DNA of 64,000 nt from Promethearchaeia archaeon (GTDB taxonomy: Archaea; Asgardarchaeota; Lokiarchaeia; Sigyniarchaeales; SOKP01): positions 32,001 through 96,000 of the forward strand of contig JAHQWK010000004.1 in assembly GCA_029856145.1 (NCBI GenBank). The letters are read 5' to 3'. The notes beneath the pieces were generated by a model that saw only the letters and a program-made list of their open reading frames with translations, was not told the origin of the DNA and ran no database searches. This document shows positions 37,079 through 47,020 of this stretch, piece after piece. The position numbers and the translations under genes are program-made. Positions within the stretch are counted from its first letter, which is position 1; each line of letters begins with the position of its first letter.

Positions 37079-37807
37079 TCATTCTTCCATTTCATTTAGT
37101 AATGATTCAAGCTCCTTGTCGGACAAAAAACCTTTTAATTCCATCAACTTCTTAATTTTTTCAATTATCTCAGTTGATATTACTGCTTTAGACACTTGAG
37201 TTTCAAAGTCTTTAAATTTTTTAATTTGATTATCAGTGAATTTTTTTTCATCCTTTAATTTCTCTTTTAAAGTTTCAATTTCTTCATCTTTATGATTAAT
37301 TTCAGATTTCAGATTTTGAATTTCTTTATCTTTATTTAAGAGTTCTTTTACTTTCTCTAACCTCTCTTCTTCTTTAGTGTGAATTTCTTTATTTCTAGAC
37401 AGGAATTTTTCTTCCATTTCATTTGATTTTGTGGCAAATTTATTTAATTGGTTTTCAAGGTTCGTAATTTTAGCTACTGCTTCGGTTAATTTTTTTTCTA
37501 AATTTGATTTGTTTAAGGCTAATTTGGCTATTTCAATATCACCATGCAATTTCTCTTCCTTAATCTGACTTAATGATTTTCTAGCCGTAGATTTTCTTTC
37601 TGTAAGTTCCGTTAAACTTCTTTCACGCCCTGTTAGCTTTTCTTTGGTTGTTTTCAGTTCACTTGTTTTATTTTTTATATTCTTTTGCTCTTTTCTTAAT
37701 TCCTGTTCTAAATCTTTTATTTTAGCCCTAAGTTCTAGTAGGAATGTTCCTTCAACAGATACTTTTTTATTAGGTTTTGCTTCCACCTTATCCCATTCAA
37801 GACTAAT
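37079..37807 (-). CDS. Coiled-coil protein (242 aa), probable ATT start
   Basis: ATT 37807 gives (M)SLEWDKVEAKP, aligning with the paralog (M)SIDWVKAEAKP; GGTGA SD 6 nt upstream; C-terminal KGFLSDKE; GTG 37786 is an alternative start. Confidence 0.8.
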   Translation of the reverse strand: MSLEWDKVEAKPNKKVSVEGTFLLELRAKIKDLEQELRKEQKNIKNKTSELKTTKEKLTGRERSLTELTERKSTARKSLSQIKEEKLHGDIEIAKLALNKSNLEKKLTEAVAKITNLENQLNKFATKSNEMEEKFLSRNKEIHTKEEERLEKVKELLNKDKEIQNLKSEINHKDEEIETLKEKLKDEKKFTDNQIKKFKDFETQVSKAVISTEIIEKIKKLMELKGFLSDKELESLLNEMEE

Positions 37808-37935
37808 TTCATTTCACCATTTCATCGCTTTTTTGAAAATATATAAAGTTACAATAATTTTATATAAAAATTAATTATTTCAGTTTAAAAAAATATTGAA
37901 TTATTAAAATAATATAATCTTTAAATTTTAATTAA

Positions 37936-38739
37936 ATGGTAAAACTATCAATTGGAACTGCTGGTTTTTTTTATAAGGATTGGATTGGCCCTTTTTATCC
38001 AAAAAATTTACAAAAAGCCCAATATCTAGAATATTTTTCCAAATTCTTTAATCTAGTTGAAATAAATTCAACTTTCTATAATTTACCCTCTGAAGATATG
38101 GTGATTAATTGGAATCATCGTGTTCCAGAAAATTTCCGGTTTATAGTTAAAGTTTGGCAACAAATTTCCCATAATTTAGATGACCAGGATTTAGACTCGC
38201 ATATTATCGAATTCTTTTCAAGATTGAATGAATTAAAACCTAAGATTATTAGATTTTTATTACAATTTCCTCCTTGGTTTAAATATTCAGAGAGTCATTT
38301 ACAAAAATTGGAGTTGCTTCTTAAAAGGGTTCCTTCAGGGTATAAATACATTATTGAATTACGGGATAATTCATGGTATGATTCTGAGATTCTTTCTAAA
38401 TTTATTGATGGTGAAAATGTAATACTTGGAACAACATATATGCCGAAAATTATCCCCTATTATATGCCAAATCAAAATAAATATTATATTAGGATGATTG
38501 GAGATAGAGAACTTAGTGTTTTTAACCAAATTCAAAGAGATCAAAATGATGCTCTAGACGACCTATATACAAATGTTCAGAAACTAATGAAAACACCCAA
38601 TATATACGAAATCTTTATTATTGTGAATAATCACTTCCAAGGTTATGCTCCTGAATCAGTTAATACGATAAAAAAGAAATTTGGATTGTCATATCGTAGC
38701 TTTAGTAATCAAACAAACTTAATTGATTTCATCTCTTAA
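37936..38739 (+). CDS. DUF72 family protein
   Basis: IGTAGF.Y.DW..FYP, VEINSTFY..P, LQFPP.F, IELR..SW, NNH..G.A. Confidence 0.92.
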   Translation: MVKLSIGTAGFFYKDWIGPFYPKNLQKAQYLEYFSKFFNLVEINSTFYNLPSEDMVINWNHRVPENFRFIVKVWQQISHNLDDQDLDSHIIEFFSRLNELKPKIIRFLLQFPPWFKYSESHLQKLELLLKRVPSGYKYIIELRDNSWYDSEILSKFIDGENVILGTTYMPKIIPYYMPNQNKYYIRMIGDRELSVFNQIQRDQNDALDDLYTNVQKLMKTPNIYEIFIIVNNHFQGYAPESVNTIKKKFGLSYRSFSNQTNLIDFIS

Positions 38740-38811
38740 TCAATTTTTATTCAAGAAATTCTCGATTTTGAATAAGTAAATTTTAAATACATCTTATTTA
38801 ACTATAATTTT

Positions 38812-40059
38812 ATGGAAATCACTGATAATTTAAAGAAACTATTTAAGAAAGATAATTGGAAATTAGCTGTTCTTGTCTTATGGCTTCTCGTTGGTGTAAG
38901 TATAATTCAATTTCTTCCATTAGTAGGTATAATTATTTTTTTACCTTACCTTACGTTTTTGATGTTTCTATTTTTACTTTCGCTTGGTACGAAAAAAAAT
39001 ATTATGGAATATCAATTATGGAAAATAGCTTTATTGTTAGTAGTGTCCTTACCCCTTTTATTATTACTCGCAATTATTCTCATTGTTTTATTCGCTTTTT
39101 CGATAATATCATATTTTTTCTTTACTTCTTGGTTTATTTTATACGCATGTTATTTAATGGGGATTGGTATAGAAAAAAAATTATTCAAATATCCAAGATC
39201 AAGAACCTTTATTAGAACACTCCTATTTTTTGGAGGTATAGCAGGTTCATTATTATTATTATATTTATTCATAATTGGCCCAACATTATTTGATTTTTCT
39301 CTTATCTCAACAGTGGAAGTTCCTCTTTTTCTAAACCTTGCTTATGTAGTGGTAGGGAGTGTGATTATTGGACTAGCAATTTTTGGCATAATTCTCATGT
39401 TTAAAAAAATTTTTAATGCGTGGTTGGGTATATTTTTTATTCTTGTTGCGGGTTACACTCTATTTTTAGTTGTGAAGATATTTCTAGGTCTTGATGAGGA
39501 AATAAATACTATCCCTTCAATTTGGACTAATATTGGGATGTTAATAGTAGATTTAGTTATTATACTTTACTCTTTAAGCACCCTTATGGGAAAAAACGCC
39601 GAATTTCTAGCAAAAAGGTTTAAACGTATGGGAATCGATACAGCAATAATTTGGCTAATTTTCTCGAAAGTTTCATATGAATTCATTCATCACTTTCCTT
39701 ACACTGTATTTGAGCAAATAAACATTCCATGGATCCAAGCTCTTACTGATTTAAATAATGATATTATTAATCTCGCTAAAAATGTAGCAGTTCTGGCGTT
39801 TTTTATAGTCCTTTTATTAGTGATAGGAATATATGAGATTAGAAAATATACTAGACAACAGAAAGAGTTGATAAAAGATGTCCATTATGAAGTAAAAGAA
39901 CTTATATCGCCACAACCTACGTTTGAAAAACCTCAACCGATTACTGAAGAACCTCATCCTGTTATTGAGGAACCTAAAATAACAGAAGACGACGACGTAA
40001 TAACATATCAAGAAGAAGAAATTAATGAAGACAATAATAAGGAAACAGATTTAGGTTAA
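38812..40059 (+). CDS. Polytopic membrane protein with an acidic/Pro-rich C-terminal tail
   Basis: About 10-11 hydrophobic segments; no family recognised. Confidence 0.7.
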   Translation: MEITDNLKKLFKKDNWKLAVLVLWLLVGVSIIQFLPLVGIIIFLPYLTFLMFLFLLSLGTKKNIMEYQLWKIALLLVVSLPLLLLLAIILIVLFAFSIISYFFFTSWFILYACYLMGIGIEKKLFKYPRSRTFIRTLLFFGGIAGSLLLLYLFIIGPTLFDFSLISTVEVPLFLNLAYVVVGSVIIGLAIFGIILMFKKIFNAWLGIFFILVAGYTLFLVVKIFLGLDEEINTIPSIWTNIGMLIVDLVIILYSLSTLMGKNAEFLAKRFKRMGIDTAIIWLIFSKVSYEFIHHFPYTVFEQINIPWIQALTDLNNDIINLAKNVAVLAFFIVLLLVIGIYEIRKYTRQQKELIKDVHYEVKELISPQPTFEKPQPITEEPHPVIEEPKITEDDDVITYQEEEINEDNNKETDLG

Positions 40060-40212
40060 TTAAATAATTAAATCTCTTTATTATTTTCAAAAACTCTTTT
40101 TTTGTATTTGAAGTAGAATTTCAACATAAATTAAAAATTTCTCATAGATTAATAGTTTAATAATTAGTTTTATTAACCAATAATTCAAAAAGTGTCATAC
40201 TTAATCTAATTA

Positions 40213-40740
40213 GTGTTTGATATGAGTAATTATGAAACCAGCTCTGAAGAAATCTTTCTTAAGAAATTTGAAAAATTATCGTTAAAGATTGAACAGTTAA
40301 CAGATGAAATTTCAAAAATGAAAACAAAATTAGATAAGAATTATAAGGTTAATCGAACATTTGGATTGAAATCTGTTAGAAATTCTGAACCATTAGAATT
40401 CGCTAAGGATGTCATGGGGATCGGAAGTCCTACTAAAAGATATTTATTATCTCTAAGAGCAATTACCGAAGAATGGAAAGGAAGAAAAAATGATATCTTA
40501 ATTACAATAAGACAACAAGAAAAAGAAACACAAATGGATTTAAAATCTCTTGGAATTAGGATTCCAATTAATGATATTAAAAATATTCGTGTTCTTGCAA
40601 AACAAATTCTCTCATTATTGTATATATCATGCGAATTACGTGGATTGGCCATCAATGAGATTCTAAGGGAAATAATAACTGAGATAAATAATGACGGACA
40701 CAAAATGGTTCAAGAGATAAAACAAAAAATGGTATTTTAA
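40213..40740 (+). CDS. Hypothetical protein: coiled coil plus a possible PC4-like domain
   Basis: EEWKG...ITIRQ...GIRIP pattern recalls PC4-fold ssDNA-binding proteins. Confidence 0.5.
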   Translation: MFDMSNYETSSEEIFLKKFEKLSLKIEQLTDEISKMKTKLDKNYKVNRTFGLKSVRNSEPLEFAKDVMGIGSPTKRYLLSLRAITEEWKGRKNDILITIRQQEKETQMDLKSLGIRIPINDIKNIRVLAKQILSLLYISCELRGLAINEILREIITEINNDGHKMVQEIKQKMVF

Positions 40741-40822
40741 GATTTCTTCAGTATTTTATTACGTATTCATCTTTCCTGCTAAAGAAAAACTAAAACAACC
40801 TCTATAAATTTTATGAAAAATT

Positions 40823-40844
40823 TCGTGAAACAAGAATTTCACGA
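40823..40844. promoter_or_regulatory. Perfect 8-6-8 inverted repeat, candidate operator or hairpin
   Basis: TCGTGAAA-CAAGAA-TTTCACGA upstream of the crotonase gene. Confidence 0.35.
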
Positions 40845-40918
40845 TCTAAAAATTTAGTATGTGAGCTCTTTAGATTTAGAGTTTTAAAAACCAAAAATAA
40901 TATATTTAGTTCAATTTA

Positions 40919-40932
40919 AATGATCAATCATT
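40919..40932. promoter_or_regulatory. 6-2-6 palindrome, candidate repressor site
   Basis: AATGAT-CA-ATCATT 36 nt before ATG 40969. Confidence 0.35.
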
Positions 40933-40968
40933 AGAAATTAAATTAAAAAAATACCAGAGTTAGAAAAA

Positions 40969-41760
40969 ATGGAATATGAAGAAATAATTTTTGAGAAAAA
41001 AGATAAAATTGCCCGTATAACAATCAATCGCCCTCAACGTTATAACGCTTGTAATTTACGCGCAGTCCATGAATTAATTGACGCGTTCGACCAATGTTGG
41101 GATAATAAAATTGGTGTTGTTGTTTTTACAGGATTAGGAGAAAAGGCTTTTTGTACCGGCGGTGATCAAAGTACACGAGAAGTAGGAGGTTACACAGGAG
41201 AGTATATGTTACCATTGGAAGTCGGTTGGCAACGAGTGACTCTTCTAATCCGTACTTTACCTAAACCTGTTATTGCTAGAGTAAATGGATATGCAATTGG
41301 AGGAGGACATGTATGGCATGTTAATTGCGATTTAAGTATCGCTGCGGAACATGCACAATTTGGACAAGCAGGACCCCGCGTTGGGTCATTTGATCCGGGA
41401 TATGGAACAGGAGATTTAATGCGTGCCGTAGGTGTGAAACGTGCTAAAGAAATATGGTATCTATGCCGTAGATACACAGCTCAACAAGCTTTACAAATGG
41501 GGCTTGTAAATGCTGTTGTCCCGTATGAGAAGTTAGATGAAGAAATAGATCAATGGTGTCAAGAATTGTTAGAAAAGAGTCCAACTGCTCTTAAAATGTT
41601 GAAATATGCATTTTTAGCCGAAACTGATGGAGTAACGGGCATTACACAATTAGGAGTTGGTGGTTTATCTATGTATTATGGCACCGAGGAAGCAGTTGAA
41701 GGAAAGAATGCATTTATCGAAAAGCGAAAACCAAATTTTAATCAATTTAGGGAAGAATGA
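40969..41760 (+). CDS. Crotonase of the MenB/BadI group (BadI-like ring-cleaving hydrolase more likely)
   Basis: AFCTGGDQS, GYAIGGG, GPRVGSFDPGYGT, AKEIWYLCRRY. Confidence 0.8.
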   Translation: MEYEEIIFEKKDKIARITINRPQRYNACNLRAVHELIDAFDQCWDNKIGVVVFTGLGEKAFCTGGDQSTREVGGYTGEYMLPLEVGWQRVTLLIRTLPKPVIARVNGYAIGGGHVWHVNCDLSIAAEHAQFGQAGPRVGSFDPGYGTGDLMRAVGVKRAKEIWYLCRRYTAQQALQMGLVNAVVPYEKLDEEIDQWCQELLEKSPTALKMLKYAFLAETDGVTGITQLGVGGLSMYYGTEEAVEGKNAFIEKRKPNFNQFREE

Positions 41761-41764
41761 GGAT

Positions 41765-43537
41765 TTAGTGAGGATTAAGTAAATTTTCTCTTTTATTTAC
41801 TAAAATTAACTTATCCTCTTCAAGGATTATTCTATCTTTATTTAAAGGGCTAAAATTATAAGTGATTTTCATTACATTAACAATAAAATTTCCAAAGAGT
41901 TTTAATTTCAACGTGTTAAATAAGTCATTAATCATTTGTAGGTCTTCAGGAATTGAAACCCCCAAAAATGGATTTAAGAATAAATATAATGCTGCACTTA
42001 ATATTATACCAATAATCATGCTTATAGTGCTATTATAGGGAAATCCCCACATAATTAAAAAGAGAATTACTAAGTTTGGGATTAATCTATAGATTTTAAA
42101 ATTATAATTAATTTCAAGCTTTCTTTTGAGTTGAATTAAAATATATGGTAAAAGAAATAGTGAAGAAATTAACATTACAATTCCAATACCTAAGATTCCG
42201 TAAAAAAAGATAAAAAGTGGAGAAGTTGCTATTATTATTAGGAGAGTTATTGTGAAGCCTTTTGCTGCTAAACCAGCATTTCCTGATCCAATTAAAGCAT
42301 TACCAAATAAAGTGGAGTACCCATAAAGAAATTGACCTGTAATAATCAAGATAAATAAGATTTGAGCCATAACAAAAAAATCCCAATTAAAAACTGTACC
42401 CTCTATAAAAAAATCCTTGTGTAAATAAAATAATAATTCCCCTGATAAAGCTACCATTGCTGTTAAGAATCCTAATGCTAAAATGCTTGAGATTCGTGTA
42501 GAAGCGTTGATTGATTCTTCAACAGTTTCATGACATTCCTTAACACATGCCTCAGCAATTTCAATATTCAGGGGAGCTGAATAATATAGAATAACAGATT
42601 TAACCGCTCCATAAGCCATTAAAACAGTCAATAAACTCAAGCTTAATGCTTGATATGAAGGATCACTAAAAATAGCTAAATATATAGCAGCAATAAAGAA
42701 TAAGATATCTTCAAAAAATTTTGAATTTTGAATATTTGTTATCATAGAATATAAAGAATTTTTCATATATATCAGAATTTGATGATCTTCAATAAGTTCT
42801 CTAATTTCAGGAGAAGCTTTTTTTCTCATATTACGAGATCTCAAACTAGATTTAATTATCCCATAGATTGAATAAGGAGCTAACCTTTTAAAGAAATATA
42901 TTAACAGAATTAATGTAATAATATTAAAAAATGGATAAAACGCAAACCAAAATGGATTTAGACTATTTGAGATAAAAATGAACGCGAAAAGTAAAATAAA
43001 TATTCCATTAAAAATTGATGTGAAAGCAATTATATCGTATCTATTTTTAATTTCTAATCCAATTTGAAAAACAAAAGTACTATATATCAAAAATGAAGAA
43101 AAACCAGAAGCAAAAATGCATTCTCTTAATAAAGTATTTGTTAAAAAAAACCCAAACACAAAAGGAGTAGCTATCATCCCCAAACCTAATCCAATTCCAA
43201 TTAAGAATAATAACTTTGAATATGTCGTGGCTTTTAATTGTCCAAGTTCTTCATTAATAACAAATGCTGCTTTAATTTCTGCTATAAAGTATCGAGAAAT
43301 CCCAATTCCTATTAGTCCTACGATCCCATTTATTGCAGTTGTTAAACCAAAATATTTTAATCCCTCCCAACTTGTCCCTAAAATGATAAAAATCCAAATA
43401 CAACTAGCATTTATTAATGAGAAAAACATATAGAGAGACCCGGATGTGACTACACGTGAACTGCCCTCATGTTCAAAAAATTTCTGATCTCGTTTAAAAT
43501 CAATTTGGACCTTTTCTTTTTCTGGTGAATTTCCCAT
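41765..43537 (-). CDS. MOP-superfamily flippase-like membrane protein
   Basis: About 14 TM segments, GISRYFIAE, NALIGSG, YGILGIGI. Confidence 0.6.
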   Translation of the reverse strand: MGNSPEKEKVQIDFKRDQKFFEHEGSSRVVTSGSLYMFFSLINASCIWIFIILGTSWEGLKYFGLTTAINGIVGLIGIGISRYFIAEIKAAFVINEELGQLKATTYSKLLFLIGIGLGLGMIATPFVFGFFLTNTLLRECIFASGFSSFLIYSTFVFQIGLEIKNRYDIIAFTSIFNGIFILLFAFIFISNSLNPFWFAFYPFFNIITLILLIYFFKRLAPYSIYGIIKSSLRSRNMRKKASPEIRELIEDHQILIYMKNSLYSMITNIQNSKFFEDILFFIAAIYLAIFSDPSYQALSLSLLTVLMAYGAVKSVILYYSAPLNIEIAEACVKECHETVEESINASTRISSILALGFLTAMVALSGELLFYLHKDFFIEGTVFNWDFFVMAQILFILIITGQFLYGYSTLFGNALIGSGNAGLAAKGFTITLLIIIATSPLFIFFYGILGIGIVMLISSLFLLPYILIQLKRKLEINYNFKIYRLIPNLVILFLIMWGFPYNSTISMIIGIILSAALYLFLNPFLGVSIPEDLQMINDLFNTLKLKLFGNFIVNVMKITYNFSPLNKDRIILEEDKLILVNKRENLLNPH

Positions 43538-43723
43538 AAATCACGAGCTTTCTCAAAAATGATTATAGATATTGAATTAAAGAATTATAAAAAAGTTTTA
43601 GTTAATAAAATAACAATCGAAAAGTAAAGAGCTATACTAATTTATTCATCACATAATAATAGACATTTTTATGATTAATTATATATTCAACATAATTAAT
43701 TGAAAGTAATTTAATATGTTAAA

Positions 43724-43897
43724 ATGAGTGAAGAAGAACTTATTTGCGAGAATTGTGGGGAAAATACATCAGGAAAGATATATGAATGTGTGGATTGCTA
43801 TAATCCATTATGCGATGAGTGCGCTAACATTTGTAAAAATTGCGGAGAATATTTATGTGATGGGTGTTACCACGATCATAAGAATAACTGCAGTTAA
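43724..43897 (+). CDS. 57-aa Cys-rich zinc-binding protein (absent from the ORF track)
   Basis: MSEEELICENCGENTSGKIYECVDCYNPLCDECANICKNCGEYLCDGCYHDHKNNCS: five CxxC plus HxxxC; its TAA abuts the next ATG. Confidence 0.85.
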   Translation: MSEEELICENCGENTSGKIYECVDCYNPLCDECANICKNCGEYLCDGCYHDHKNNCS

Positions 43898-44308
43898 ATG
43901 AAAGGATCTTATATTTTAGTTGTTTTTATAGAAAATGATATTCAACTCATAGTTGGGGCTCTCGGGAAAATTATATTCAATAAAGGATTCTATTTTTATG
44001 TAGGATCGGCTATGGGAAATTATGGTTCATCAACATTATTGAACCGAGCAAAAAGACATCTTTTAAGTAAGAAAGAAAAAAGTATTCATTGGCATATAGA
44101 TTATCTGCTTGCAAGTATTCACTCCTTGATAATAAAAATTTATTTAATTCCTTCAATTGAAACATTAGAATGTACAATTGCTCAAGAATTATCTAAAATT
44201 AGTGATAATTCTATGAACAACTTTGGCTCCTCAGATTGTCAGTGTATAAGCCATTTATTCTATTTTAAAAATTTAGATTACTTTGATGAGAATTTATCAA
44301 ACATATAA
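43898..44308 (+). CDS. GIY-YIG (DUF123/Uri) nuclease family protein
   Basis: KGSYIL, G.Y.YVGSA, R..RH, HWHIDYL, FGSSDC.C.SHL. Confidence 0.9.
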   Translation: MKGSYILVVFIENDIQLIVGALGKIIFNKGFYFYVGSAMGNYGSSTLLNRAKRHLLSKKEKSIHWHIDYLLASIHSLIIKIYLIPSIETLECTIAQELSKISDNSMNNFGSSDCQCISHLFYFKNLDYFDENLSNI

Positions 44309-44797
44309 ACAAATCAAAAAGGATAAAACTCCTATTATTATTAATTCATTTATTACTCCATATTTTTTATATGTGAAATCTGGAAGCCAAAAAAATATAT
44401 TATTCCGAATCCAATCCGCAATTTTATGGAAAAGATACTTTTTATTCCATTCGGATCCGGGATTCTTTCTTTTTTTCCTATTTTGAATAGGTCTTAAAAT
44501 AAACCAATCTATTATATCTGGTAAATTTACAGCTAACATCGCTAGCCAGAATGGAATAAAAAATATAATAACTATTGCTATGGACGCAGAATATATAATT
44601 ACATGCCAAATAATCCAAAATTTATCCTTCTTCATTGCTTCTGGTGTGTGGTATGTTAATTTAGATAAAGCATCTGAGAGGAAATGAGAAAAGAAAGCAA
44701 AAACAATTGTAAATATCACATTTATTGGATATAAAAAATAACTGAAACATAGTATCTGAATAAGAATCGCCGTAAGATTATGAGTAATTGATTCCAT
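44297..44797 (-). CDS. Membrane protein, possibly a metal-dependent hydrolase
   Basis: TH, SHFLSD and LPD motifs within TM segments. Confidence 0.55.
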   Translation of the reverse strand: MESITHNLTAILIQILCFSYFLYPINVIFTIVFAFFSHFLSDALSKLTYHTPEAMKKDKFWIIWHVIIYSASIAIVIIFFIPFWLAMLAVNLPDIIDWFILRPIQNRKKRKNPGSEWNKKYLFHKIADWIRNNIFFWLPDFTYKKYGVINELIIIGVLSFLICLYV

Positions 44798-44961
44798 GCA
44801 TATCCCCTATAAATTCAATGAAAATATCATATACTTTACAAGAAAATAATAAATATAAAAATCCTTAAGTTTAGAAATAATTTTTTATTAGTACATATTA
44901 TTTAGCACATAAAATATAGAACTAAAAAAAAAAATTATAATTTATAAGAGGGAAAAATATT

Positions 44962-45906
44962 ATGGGAATGTTAGATGGTAAAGTAGCAATAATTACTGGA
45001 GCTGGTCGGGGTTTAGGGCGGGAAGAAGCTTTAGCATTGGCCAGAGAAGGATGTAATTTAATAATTAACGATTTGGGGGCTGGATTTGATGGTAGTGGGC
45101 AACCCACTAAGATTGCTGATGAAGTAGCTGAAGAATGTAAAAAATTGGGAGTTAAGGCTGTTGGAAATTATGATTCTGTTACGGATTTCAATAAAGCTAA
45201 GGCAATTATTGATCAAGCAGTTTCTGAATTTGGGAAACTAGACATTTTAGTGAATAATGCAGGAATTCTCCGAGATCGAATGCTTTTTAACATGACAGAA
45301 AAAGAATTTGATGATGTTATAGCAGTACATCTAAAAGGTACTTTTAACATGACTCGTCATGCATCTGCATATTTTAGAGAACAAGGAAAGGCAGATCCAA
45401 GCTTGAAAAATTTTGGAACTATAATCAATACTGCTTCAGATGCTGGTTTACTAGGAAATGTGGGTCAATCAAATTATGGTGCTGCTAAAGCAGGAATTGC
45501 GGCATTTAGCGTCATCTCAGCGATGGAATTAAAAAAATATGCCACAGTTAATTGCGTAGTACCTATTGCTCGAACACGACTTACAACTGATGCTACTCCA
45601 AAAATGGCGGACACCATGAGTAAAACAGATGAATCTGGTTTTGATGTTTTTAATCCTGCGAATTTTGCTCCAATGATAGTATTTTTGGCATCAGATAAAG
45701 CAAGAAGAATAACAGGGGAAGTATTTAGAATTGCTGGAGATAAATGTTGGGTTTACCAAGGATGGCACGCAGTTAATATGGTCGATAACGGTGGTAAACG
45801 ATGGACTCCTCAAATCCTAGCTGAAAGAGTTAAAAGCGAATTAATGAAAGGATTGCCTCGAAAAGAAACCCTTATGGATGCAGTTGGGCTCTTAATTAAA
45901 ATGTAA
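44962..45906 (+). CDS. SDR-family oxidoreductase (hydroxyacyl-CoA dehydrogenase/MFE-2-like)
   Basis: TGAGRGLG, INDLG, NNAGILRD, GNVGQSNYGAAK. Confidence 0.92.
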   Translation: MGMLDGKVAIITGAGRGLGREEALALAREGCNLIINDLGAGFDGSGQPTKIADEVAEECKKLGVKAVGNYDSVTDFNKAKAIIDQAVSEFGKLDILVNNAGILRDRMLFNMTEKEFDDVIAVHLKGTFNMTRHASAYFREQGKADPSLKNFGTIINTASDAGLLGNVGQSNYGAAKAGIAAFSVISAMELKKYATVNCVVPIARTRLTTDATPKMADTMSKTDESGFDVFNPANFAPMIVFLASDKARRITGEVFRIAGDKCWVYQGWHAVNMVDNGGKRWTPQILAERVKSELMKGLPRKETLMDAVGLLIKM

Positions 45907-46076
45907 TCTTATTTTATTTTTTTTATCTTTTTTTAAATAACTTGTCTAATAGTTCTAAAAAGTTTTTAATAATTTAAGTAGAATTTAAGATATAAAGGAA
46001 GAAATTTGCATTGTAAATGCAATTATATTAGCTTTGGGAACATTAGAAGAATTTAATGCTTATTTGCTTTAATTTC

Positions 46077-46355
46077 TCACTCAAGGCTATCAGCAATATC
46101 CTTAAAAATTTGATAAATTAGCATAACTATTTTATCAAAATCCTCTTCAGGCATATCAGAACTGTTGTTTTTCAACATATTTAAGAGATATTCTAATTTA
46201 TCTAAAGCTTTTTTAAGATGATCCATTTCATCCCTGTTTTTTGCTTCTTTAAAACGTTTCCTTAGAAAAATTATCTCACTAATTAACATACTTGTTAATT
46301 TCTCTTTTCTTGATTGAATGAACTCATTATATTGCCATATAATTGATTTACTCAT
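46077..46355 (-). CDS. Hypothetical helical protein
   Basis: 92-aa ATG ORF with GAGGT SD upstream. Confidence 0.65.
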   Translation of the reverse strand: MSKSIIWQYNEFIQSRKEKLTSMLISEIIFLRKRFKEAKNRDEMDHLKKALDKLEYLLNMLKNNSSDMPEEDFDKIVMLIYQIFKDIADSLE

Positions 46356-46521
46356 TTTATTAACCTCAATTATTTATTTTAATTCTAATTAGAATGAGAA
46401 ATTCAAGAAATTAATTTCTTTTAGAGTCCAATTGTTGAGTAAAATATCAGTTCCCAAAAAAAAAGAAGTTAAATTAACCCCAAATCACTTGAAAGCATAG
46501 ATTAAATGAATTTTATAAAAT

Positions 46522-46989
46522 TTAATCTTCAATTAAATCTTTAAAGAAATCATCGTCATAATGCTTTTCTGGACGTTCTTCTTTTACCTCTTTATACATG
46601 AAGTAAACACATATAATTACTCCAATCAAGAACCCAACAAACACTCCAGAAATAAGACCGCCTAGGAGATATCCCAAGAAATAAGAAGAATCCAGGAGTA
46701 AAATCTGATATAAGCTAATAAAAAATGCAGATATAATTCCTCCAACAATCCCTATTATTACACCATATTTTAAAATTGATTGATCTGGTTGTCGTGTTTT
46801 TATAAAATAATATACACCAAAAACAGTTCCTAATGAAAATTGCAGATCAGCAAAAAGAAAGAAACCTGGCCAAATAAACCCTAATACTATAACTGATATA
46901 ATAGAAATTATTATATAAGCTATTACAGTAACCACAACAGAAATCGTTATACCTCTAAAGATATTCTTATATTTTGCTTCTTCTAACAA
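46522..46989 (-). CDS. Hypothetical 4-TM membrane protein
   Basis: Four Gly-rich hydrophobic segments, acidic C-terminal tail. Confidence 0.65.
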   Translation of the reverse strand: MLEEAKYKNIFRGITISVVVTVIAYIIISIISVIVLGFIWPGFFLFADLQFSLGTVFGVYYFIKTRQPDQSILKYGVIIGIVGGIISAFFISLYQILLLDSSYFLGYLLGGLISGVFVGFLIGVIICVYFMYKEVKEERPEKHYDDDFFKDLIED

Positions 46990-47020
46990 ATTATTTTCCT
47001 CTATAAAAATCGAAATAAAT

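Noticed and set aside
46006-46022. TTGCATT-GTA-AATGCAA inverted repeat
   Set aside because: Short, AT-rich and between convergent genes; could be chance or a simple terminator
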